Assembly: GCA_964450015.1 (NCBI GenBank)
Contig: CAYVEU010000002.1
Coordinates: forward strand, 1 to 34,662
Length of the DNA stretch: 34,662 bases
Source of the DNA: an uncultured Christensenella sp.
GTDB lineage: Bacteria > Bacillota > Clostridia > Christensenellales > DTU072
Direction: 5' to 3'
Part shown: positions 1 through 6,432 of the stretch, piece by piece
Layout of the letters: each line of letters begins with the position of its first letter
How positions within the stretch are numbered: position 1 is the stretch's first letter
Notes under the pieces: model-generated
What the model was told of the DNA's origin: nothing
Database searches by the model: none
Seen by the model: the letters and a program-made list of their open reading frames with translations, nothing else
Made by a program: the position numbers and the translations under genes

Positions 1-2
1 TG

Positions 3-230
3 GACGCACCGCGTTCGTCGGGCGCGTTGGGCGCGGCGATAATAGCTATGATAGGACTCGGAAGGCTAAACGGCTTCGCGGACGCGAAAAAGTTTGTTAA
101 GGTATCCAAAACGTACGTTCCGAACGCCCAAAACAGAGCTATTTACGACGAACTATTTACGTCATATAAAGACGTATATTATTCTTTGAAAGCCGCATAT
201 AAGCGCGCAAACGGAACGAGATTTATTTAA
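3..230 (+). CDS. FGGY-family carbohydrate kinase, C-terminal fragment (5' truncated by window edge)
   Basis: Frame is open from base 3: DAPRSSGALGAAIIAMIGLG...KTYVPN...IYDELFTSYKDVY. This matches the typical FGGY kinase C-terminus (ALGAA..A..G.G...P...Y...Y..Y). Followed by class II aldolase genes. Confidence 0.8.
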   Translation, partial: DAPRSSGALGAAIIAMIGLGRLNGFADAKKFVKVSKTYVPNAQNRAIYDELFTSYKDVYYSLKAAYKRANGTRFI

Positions 231-239
231 GGAGGAGCC

Positions 240-842
240 ATGGACAAGAAAATTCAAACTATCCTTGACTACGCGAAGCGTTTGACCGAAGAGAATTTGG
301 TATCGGAAAACGACTATATAGCGCTACGCGTCGACAATAAGGATATGTATATTACGAGGGCGAATTTAGACGGTATTACCGAGGAAGGGGTAGTTCGCGA
401 GGATTACACCAAGAGCGACAACGCGGCGGCGGCTATTTTCAATATCTACGACGTAAACGCGATAATTTACGCGCATCCCGAAAAGTGCCGCGCGGTTGCA
501 AAGTCCGGAAAAACCATAGTTGCGCCGTTGGACGATATGGCGCAAATAGTCGGGTACAAGTGCAAGGTCGTACCCAACAGCATAAAGGAAATAATACCCG
601 CAATGAAGAGCGCGAACTCCATTTTGATAAAAGACGACGGCGCGTTGACGTCCGGCAGGACTTTGGACGAAGCGTTTACCTGTTTGAGAGTTTTGGAGAA
701 ATCGGCGCGCGTCACTATCGCGGGCACGGTTCTCGGCGGTTGCCGCAAGATAGGATTTTTGGACGCAAAGCTTATGCGTTTCGTCTACAAGATGAAATAC
801 AGCAAGCAAAACCAAAAGAACAAGGCGAGCGAGGAGGTGTAG
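240..842 (+). CDS. Class II aldolase/adducin-fold protein with degenerate active-site motifs
   Basis: AAGGAGGAG RBS before the ATG. AIIYAHP, LDDMAQIVG and G.LTSGRTLDEAF..LEK match the class II aldolase fold, but HxH is YAH and NHG is DDG. Confidence 0.8.
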   Translation: MDKKIQTILDYAKRLTEENLVSENDYIALRVDNKDMYITRANLDGITEEGVVREDYTKSDNAAAAIFNIYDVNAIIYAHPEKCRAVAKSGKTIVAPLDDMAQIVGYKCKVVPNSIKEIIPAMKSANSILIKDDGALTSGRTLDEAFTCLRVLEKSARVTIAGTVLGGCRKIGFLDAKLMRFVYKMKYSKQNQKNKASEEV

Positions 843-844
843 TT

Positions 845-1474
845 ATGACGGAACAGGAACTGAGAGTAATTTTAAAGGACTCCGGCGTAAAGCTTTTGGA
901 GAACAACCTCGTGCAGGGCACTTGGGGCAATTCGTCGGTTAGGCTCGACGACAAAACGATACTCGTTACTCCGTCGGGACTCGACTACGTTTCGCTAAAA
1001 CCCGAAGACATGGCTGTCGTCGATATAGAAACGCTCGAATGGAGCGGAAAATACAAGGCGACGAGCGAAAGGGGCATACACGCGGGCGTATACAAGACCA
1101 GACCCGAGATAGGAGCGGTCATCCACACCCATCCGACCTACGGTAGCATATTTGCCTCGGCAAGAGTGACTTTGCCGTGCTTTAAAGAAGAGATGAAAGC
1201 CATTTTCGGAGGAGACGTGCGCGTTGCGGACTACGGTTTGCCCGGAACGAAGAAGCTCCGCGCCGCGACGATAAAGGGTATGGACGGGCGCAACGCTTGC
1301 TTTATGGCAAACCACGGCGTTTTGTGCTGCGGTAAGACCATGGACGACGCGTTCGAAGTCATCTACAACTTGGAAAAATTCTGCCGCGAGTATATCGAAA
1401 CGGAAGTTTGCAAATTAACCGGCGCGGCGGAGTTCAGTGAAGAACTCTTAAACGACTTATTCATTAAAGGATAA
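845..1474 (+). CDS. Class II aldolase/adducin family protein (L-fuculose-phosphate aldolase-like)
   Basis: True start is most likely ATG 845 (MTEQEL..., GAGGAGG RBS just upstream). Intact motifs GTWGNSSVR, TPSG, TSE..IH, IHTHP, MANHG. Substrate cannot be determined from the sequence. Confidence 0.88.
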   Translation: MTEQELRVILKDSGVKLLENNLVQGTWGNSSVRLDDKTILVTPSGLDYVSLKPEDMAVVDIETLEWSGKYKATSERGIHAGVYKTRPEIGAVIHTHPTYGSIFASARVTLPCFKEEMKAIFGGDVRVADYGLPGTKKLRAATIKGMDGRNACFMANHGVLCCGKTMDDAFEVIYNLEKFCREYIETEVCKLTGAAEFSEELLNDLFIKG

Positions 1475-1492
1475 AGTTCGGTTTGATTGCCA

Positions 1493-1543
1493 AAAAAAGG
1501 ATAGATTTAAAAGTGGGGTGCACTTCAAAGTCTATCCTTTTTT
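1493..1543. terminator. Bidirectional intrinsic terminator between convergent operons
   Basis: Inverted repeat AAAAAAGGATAGA...TCTATCCTTTTTT with A/T tracts on both sides, between the aldolase stop (1474) and the truA stop (1644). Confidence 0.7.
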
Positions 1544-1643
1544 CTTTAAAATTATCCTTAACTGCCCGATAGGGCTTACCGCGGAGCGTTAATTCTCTGC
1601 CGCAACGCGCGCAACGCGGCTTGCCCGTTGGGGCAATTCCCTT

Positions 1644-2393
1644 TTACGCTTTGTCGGAAGGGTATTCGACTGATTTTAAATATAAACCCTGCGCGCCCAA
1701 AGTTTTGCCGCCTTTCGTGCGGTCGCCCGTTTCCAGCATCGTTTTTATCGCCGTTTCGGGGAGTTTGCCTATTCCTATCCAAAACAGAGTGCCGATAGCA
1801 ATTCTAACCATATTGTAGAGAAAGCCGTTGCCCGTTATTTCGAATTCTATATCCTCGCCGTTTCGCGTTAGGAATGCGTCGTACACGGTGCGCACGGTAT
1901 TCGTAATATGGCTGCCCGTCGCCGCAAACGCGGCAAAATCATGCGTTCCGACGAGGTCGCGGCAAGCAAGTTGCATTTTGTCGAAATCGACGTCCTTATA
2001 GGGAATTTGCGTGCTCAAAAAGTTTTTGACGGGGTGCAAAGTTCGGGAAACGTACGCCTTGTAGAGGTAGGTTTTTTTCTTTGCCGAATACTGGGCGTGG
2101 AAGTCGTCGGGGACTTGAATTGCGTCGAGAACCCGAATATCGTCGGGCAGGGTCGTGTTCACCGAATAGGCTATTTTTTCTACGGGGAAAAAGCCGTCGT
2201 AGTCGAAATGCGCCTTTTGACCCAGCGCGTGAACGCCGCGGTCGGTCCTGCCGCTCGCAACCAAAACTATTTTACTTTGCAAAACAAGCGAAAGCTTTTC
2301 TTCCAGGACCTGCTGTACGGCGAGAGCGTTTTTCTGCCGTTGCCAGCCGGCGTAATTTTTGCCGAAATATTCTATCGTTATCAGTATTCTCAT
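1644..2393 (-). CDS. truA: tRNA pseudouridine(38-40) synthase TruA
   Basis: Y.G..YAGWQRQ, ASGRTDRGVHA (catalytic Asp), GTHDF.AF and GNGFLYNMVR motifs. Confidence 0.97.
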   Translation of the reverse strand: MRILITIEYFGKNYAGWQRQKNALAVQQVLEEKLSLVLQSKIVLVASGRTDRGVHALGQKAHFDYDGFFPVEKIAYSVNTTLPDDIRVLDAIQVPDDFHAQYSAKKKTYLYKAYVSRTLHPVKNFLSTQIPYKDVDFDKMQLACRDLVGTHDFAAFAATGSHITNTVRTVYDAFLTRNGEDIEFEITGNGFLYNMVRIAIGTLFWIGIGKLPETAIKTMLETGDRTKGGKTLGAQGLYLKSVEYPSDKA

Positions 2394-2408
2394 ATTTACA
2401 CCGCGGAC

Positions 2409-3221
2409 CTAAATCAGTCCGAAAAATCCCAATTTAAGCAGTATGACCATCATCAAAAATACCGCCGTCACGAGCGCGGCTATGAGGTCGCGAACGGAAA
2501 AAGTCAGTTTTTTCATTTTCGTGCGGTTTGGCGTCGCGTTGTAACACCGCGCGTCCAACGCCATTGCCAGTTCGTCCGCGCGCCTGAACGCCGAAACGAA
2601 AAGGGGTATCAAAACGGGCAGCATGGCCTTTGCGCGCTTTATCAGTCCGCCGTTATCGAAGCACGCGCCGCGCGCTTTTTGCGCCATGGTTATCTTGTCT
2701 ATCTCTTCCATAAACGACGGGATAAACCTTAAAGCAATACTCATGATTATCGATAAATCGTGCACCGGAATTTTTATCCATTTTAACGGGGTGAGCAAAT
2801 TTTCCAGTCCGTCGGTCAAATTCATCGGGGTGGTCGTCAGCGTAACGAGCGAAGTTGCGAGCACTAAAAAGATTAGGCGCATTGCCATTTTCGACGCGAA
2901 AATGAGCCCGTCGACGGTGATTATTATCTTCCACCACGACCATAAAACTTTGCCTTCTTTATAAAAAAGCACGTTGATAATTATCGTTACCACGACGATA
3001 AACAAAACCGCTTTAACGGATTTCAGTAAACTTTTTATCGGTATACGGGACACCAAAGCGGACGTTAAAAGAAAAACGAAGCAAGCTAGGTAAGTGTAGT
3101 AATTGTTGCATAAAAATATGGCGACGATGTAAACTACGCTCGCCAAAAGCTTGGTTCTCGGGTCCAATTTGTGAATGAAAGAATTTGCGGGATAGTACTG
3201 TCCGAAAGCTACGTCACGCAT
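2409..3221 (-). CDS. ecfT: ECF transporter transmembrane component EcfT
   Basis: GQYYP.NS.IHKLDPRTKL, IALRFIP, AQKARGA and AMALDARCY (two Ala-Arg motifs). Multiple hydrophobic segments. Canonical ecfA-ecfA'-ecfT-truA order. Confidence 0.95.
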   Translation of the reverse strand: MRDVAFGQYYPANSFIHKLDPRTKLLASVVYIVAIFLCNNYYTYLACFVFLLTSALVSRIPIKSLLKSVKAVLFIVVVTIIINVLFYKEGKVLWSWWKIIITVDGLIFASKMAMRLIFLVLATSLVTLTTTPMNLTDGLENLLTPLKWIKIPVHDLSIIMSIALRFIPSFMEEIDKITMAQKARGACFDNGGLIKRAKAMLPVLIPLFVSAFRRADELAMALDARCYNATPNRTKMKKLTFSVRDLIAALVTAVFLMMVILLKLGFFGLI

Positions 3222-4071
3222 CGCGTTTACCTCCCAACGTTATAAGAAGGTCGGCTACGAGTTCGTCCTTTGTGAGCGATTCTTTTAAGCTGAACCCGCG
3301 TGAATTTAAAAGCTTGACGGTTTTTACTACGTGCGGAAGGCGCAGCCCCAACGCCTCGGTATCATGGTTATAGAAGAGGTCGCGCGGCGTTGTGTCGTAG
3401 AGAAGTTTTCCGTTTCTCATGACCAAAACGCGGTCGGAGTACTCCGCGATTTCGTCCATATTGTGACTGACGGTTATGACTGTCGTGACGAAGCCGCCTT
3501 TAAGGCTTTTTATCAAATCGAGCATTTCACGCTTGCCCGCCGGGTCCAGTCCTGCCGTCGGCTCGTCCAGGATGAGAATTTTCGGTCGGTAGGCGAGAAC
3601 GCCCGCGATAGCGACGCGCCGTTTTTGTCCGCCCGAAAGTTCCAACGGCGACCGGTCCTTAACGTCGTCGTAGTCGAGTCCGACCATGGCGACGGCTTCC
3701 CTTGCGGCGGCTTCGGCTTGCTCTTTGGTCATACCGAAATTGAGCGGTCCGAATTTTACGTCCGCGGCAACGGTGTCGGCAAACAATTGGTATTCGGGAT
3801 ATTGAAAAAGCATACCGATGCCGTTTCGCAACGATTTATAGTCGGGCTTTTTTTTCGAAAGGTCTATATCGAGTACGGTAATTTTTCCGCTCTGTAATTT
3901 TATAAGTCCGTTAAGGTGCTGAATAAGAGTGGACTTGCCGCTGCCGGTCGAACCGACTATGCCCACGCTTTGTCCTTCTTCGACGACGAAAGAAACTCCG
4001 TCGAGAGCGCGTTTTTCGAAAGGGGATTTTGCACTGTATACGTAGGAAACGTCGTTTACTTCAATTTGCAT
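3214..4071 (-). CDS. ecfA2: ECF transporter ATPase EcfA2
   Basis: Walker A GSTGSGKST, FQYPEYQLF, LSGGQKRRVAIAGVLA, ILDEPTAGLDP. GGAGGA RBS. Overlaps the ecfA1 stop and the ecfT start. Confidence 0.95.
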   Translation of the reverse strand: MQIEVNDVSYVYSAKSPFEKRALDGVSFVVEEGQSVGIVGSTGSGKSTLIQHLNGLIKLQSGKITVLDIDLSKKKPDYKSLRNGIGMLFQYPEYQLFADTVAADVKFGPLNFGMTKEQAEAAAREAVAMVGLDYDDVKDRSPLELSGGQKRRVAIAGVLAYRPKILILDEPTAGLDPAGKREMLDLIKSLKGGFVTTVITVSHNMDEIAEYSDRVLVMRNGKLLYDTTPRDLFYNHDTEALGLRLPHVVKTVKLLNSRGFSLKESLTKDELVADLLITLGGKRDA

Positions 4072-4892
4072 ATTTCCTCCGCCAGTTCTTCGTCGGTCAA
4101 AGTAACTTTTATATCTAATCCGCCGTCTATCAACGCTTTGCTTATCGCCGCCGGCGCGGGCAGTTCCAGCTTTGCCGCGCGAATGGAATCGAAGTCCGCA
4201 AAAACTTCTTTGGGCGTGCCCTGCGAAACAATACGCCCCTCGCTCATAACGAAAATCTTATCGGCGTTTAAGGCTTCGTCCATATAGTGCGTAATGAGAA
4301 TGATAGTTACGCCTTTTTCTTCGTTGAGTTTTTTAACGGTATCGACTACTTCCGTCCTGCCCTCGGGGTCGAGCATAGCGGTGGATTCGTCGAGTATCAA
4401 TACGTCGGGCAGCATTGCAAGAACGGACGCTATTGCCACGCGCTGTTTTTGTCCGCCGCTTAACTTTAAAGGCGTGCGGTCGCGGTGTTCGCTCATTCCG
4501 ACCGTTTCCAATGCCCAGTCGACGCGTTTAACTATCTCTTCGCGGGGTACGCCGAGGTTTTCGGGTCCGAACGCCACGTCGTCCTCTATAATGGAGGCGA
4601 CCATTTGATTGTCGGGATTTTGAAAAACCATGCCGACTTTGCGGCGCAGTTCGAAAATCGTCTTTTCGTCGGCAACGTCGACGCCGTCTACCGTAATTTT
4701 CCCGTCGGTCGGAACTAAAATGCCGTTGAGAAGTTTGGCAAAAGTAGACTTGCCGCTGCCGTTGTGTCCCAAAAGCACGACAAAGTCGCCTTTGCTTATT
4801 TCCAAAGACAAGTCCTTTACGGCGACAATCGAATCTTCGCCGCTGCCGTAGGTAAAGGATACGTTATCGACTTTAATAAACGAATCTTCCAT
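4056..4892 (-). CDS. ecfA1: ECF transporter ATPase EcfA1
   Basis: GHNGSGKST, VFQNPDNQ, DVAFGPENLG, LSGGQKQRVAIA, ILDESTAMLDP. Start placed at ATG 4892 (MEDSFIKVDNV) rather than TTG 4928, which coincides with a -35 box. Confidence 0.93.
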   Translation of the reverse strand: MEDSFIKVDNVSFTYGSGEDSIVAVKDLSLEISKGDFVVLLGHNGSGKSTFAKLLNGILVPTDGKITVDGVDVADEKTIFELRRKVGMVFQNPDNQMVASIIEDDVAFGPENLGVPREEIVKRVDWALETVGMSEHRDRTPLKLSGGQKQRVAIASVLAMLPDVLILDESTAMLDPEGRTEVVDTVKKLNEEKGVTIILITHYMDEALNADKIFVMSEGRIVSQGTPKEVFADFDSIRAAKLELPAPAAISKALIDGGLDIKVTLTDEELAEEICKLK

Positions 4893-4899
4893 ACACAAT

Positions 4900-4928
4900 A
4901 GTTTAACATAGTCTGGACAAAAACGCAA
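4900..4928 (-). promoter_or_regulatory. SigmaA-type promoter of the ecf-truA operon (extended -10)
   Basis: Minus strand TTGCGT (4928-4923), 17 nt, TAAACT (4905-4900) preceded by TGn. The -10 box lies 7 nt before the ecfA1 ATG. Confidence 0.6.
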
Positions 4929-4951
4929 TTAAAGTATATAATAAGAAGCGT

Positions 4952-5185
4952 ACATATCGCATTTCTTTACGCCCATAAAAACGAGGGAAAGTAATTTTCG
5001 GAATTTACTTTTTTTCGTAAAAACTAAAAAAGCGGACTAGATTATAGTTTTTATGGGCTTTCCTAAAAGGCTTCTCTACCGTACGACGGTACGGCTACGC
5101 TTGCCTTTTCGGAAAAACAAACGCAATCTGTCCACTTCTCGTGCATTGCGCGCACATATCGCATTTCTTTGCGCCCATAAAAACG
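4952..5185. repeat. 32-bp direct repeat pair with an inverted 12-bp core between the copies
   Basis: ACATATCGCATTTCTTT(A/G)CGCCCATAAAAACG at 4952-4983 and 5154-5185 (1 mismatch). GTTTTTATGGGC at 5047-5058 is the reverse complement of the GCCCATAAAAAC core. Confidence 0.85.
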
Positions 5186-5220
5186 GTTAAAAGTAAAACG
5201 ACATAAATAATAGGTGAAAA

Positions 5221-5493
5221 ATGGACCCGATAATCATAGCGGTAATAGTGATTTTATGCCAGTATCCGTTGGCGATACTTACTCTTTTAAAGCTCTTTAA
5301 AACGGGCTTAAACAAGAGTCAATCAATAGTTTGGGACGTGGTGATAGTAGGGTTGCCTTTCGTCGGCGCGGCGGCTTTTTGGCTTGCGTATCTCATAAAA
5401 TACAGAAAAATAAAATCAGTTAAACAGGCTCCCGAAACGGAGAATAGGGAAACCGAAAACGACAACAAAGAAAAACAAGAATCAAAAGAGTGA
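5221..5493 (+). CDS. Small membrane protein, PLDc_N (cardiolipin synthase N-terminal)-like, with charged tail
   Basis: AGGTGA RBS. Two hydrophobic segments and W..VI...P.VG...FW, resembling the PLDc_N pattern. Lys/Glu-rich C-terminus. Confidence 0.65.
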   Translation: MDPIIIAVIVILCQYPLAILTLLKLFKTGLNKSQSIVWDVVIVGLPFVGAAAFWLAYLIKYRKIKSVKQAPETENRETENDNKEKQESKE

Positions 5494-5515
5494 ATAGTGA
5501 AAAGTTGCGGATAAG

Positions 5516-5543
5516 AAAGGAGATAAAGGTTTTTATCTCCTTT
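5516..5543 (+). terminator. Hairpin downstream of the small membrane protein, possible terminator
   Basis: AAAGGAGATAAA...TTTATCTCCTTT perfect inverted repeat about 20 bp after the stop codon. Confidence 0.5.
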
Positions 5544-5664
5544 AACTTTTCAAAATGAAAAAACGACGCTTTTTGCGTTTTGCCCGCAAGGGGTTTGGGT
5601 GCGTAAGCCTTGAATACTAACAAGGGGTCCCCGAAAACCTTATAGGTTTTTGGGGTATAGATAT

Positions 5665-6030
5665 GGGGACTACTTTTCTTCCTTGTAAGTCGGACTTGCG
5701 CGGAAAATAAAATTTATCCGTGCGTCGGGTTTTCCCGACCGCGAGTAAATTTCCGCATTACGATTGGTCGGAAGCGAAAGCGCCGTGTGGGCGGGTGGGA
5801 CTACACTAATCAAAAATCGGAAACGATTATTTTCGATTTTTGCCCTTGCGGGGTCGGGGTGTGTGAACCCCCGAAAGCCTATTTTGTCCGAAAAAAATAA
5901 TCCTCTTCCTTTATTCAAGAAAAGGGGACTACTTTTCTTCCTTGTAAGTCCGACTGAAACGGAAATAGATTTTGTTAGCATAAAAGCGTTAGCGACTGCG
6001 TGTAAAATCCCGTTTCACGATTGGTCGGAA
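5665..6030. repeat. Two copies of an ~110-bp structured repeat
   Basis: Identical 27-mer GGGGACTACTTTTCTTCCTTGTAAGTC at 5665-5691 and 5924-5950. Both copies end in CGA(C/CT)..GTAAA...ACGATTGGTCGGAA (about 5737-5773 and 5993-6030). Confidence 0.8.
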
Positions 6031-6034
6031 AGTC

Positions 6035-6196
6035 TTACAAATCGTCCACGTCCTGAACGGGCGTTTCCTCAGGTATCTCGTCCGCAGGAACGATACCCGG
6101 AATGATTACTTCGCCGTATTTCGGCTTGCGCGTGCCCGTATAGCTTCCGTCCGGGTCGGTCGAGGGCGCGTAAAAATCTCTATTGCGTTTTGACAT
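6035..6196 (-). CDS. Small hypothetical protein, 53 aa (not in ORF track)
   Basis: Manual translation: MSKRNRDFYAPSTDPDGSYTGTRKPKYGEVIIPGIVPADEIPEETPVQDVDDL*. Strong AAAGGAG RBS 7 nt upstream of the ATG. Confidence 0.75.
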   Translation of the reverse strand: MSKRNRDFYAPSTDPDGSYTGTRKPKYGEVIIPGIVPADEIPEETPVQDVDDL

Positions 6197-6343
6197 AATT
6201 TACTCCTTTTTTCGAAGTTAGTATCTGTTAAAATTTGCGACTTATGCGTAAAGAAAACGAGAAAAAAGCGGTATTCTTCTTTAACCGGAAAAAAAGCGGA
6301 AGCCGCGTGACGATTGGTTCGAGGGTTTGCCTAAAAATGGTTA

Positions 6344-6372
6344 TTGACACGCGCGGTTTTTCGTACTATAAT
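6344..6372 (+). promoter_or_regulatory. Perfect-consensus sigmaA promoter of the giant lipoprotein operon
   Basis: TTGACA (6344-6349), 17 nt, TATAAT (6367-6372). GGAGGA RBS at 6420-6425 and ATG at 6433. Confidence 0.85.
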
Positions 6373-6432
6373 TATATTACTTAAAATATTATTAGGGCTT
6401 ACTATGCCCTTTTGCCGGCGGAGGAAAGATAT

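Noticed and set aside
485-844. 120-aa N-terminal extension of the 485..1474 ORF
   Set aside because: It overlaps the upstream aldolase-fold gene in another frame. Aldolase homology and a strong RBS begin at ATG 845.
1576-4851. Opposite-strand and alternate-frame ORFs over truA and the ecf genes
   Set aside because: They overlap well-supported conserved genes and have no independent coding evidence.
4952-6030. CRISPR array interpretation of the direct repeats
   Set aside because: Only two copies of each repeat, spaced 200-260 bp apart, and no cas genes in the window.
5420-6105. ORFs 5420..5623, 5670..5981 and 5764..6105
   Set aside because: They run through palindromic and repeated non-coding sequence, lack clear RBSs and have unprotein-like composition.
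6412-6432. TTG start at 6412 for giant protein A
   Set aside because: The GGAGGA RBS lies downstream of it and fits ATG 6433, which gives a canonical lipoprotein signal peptide.
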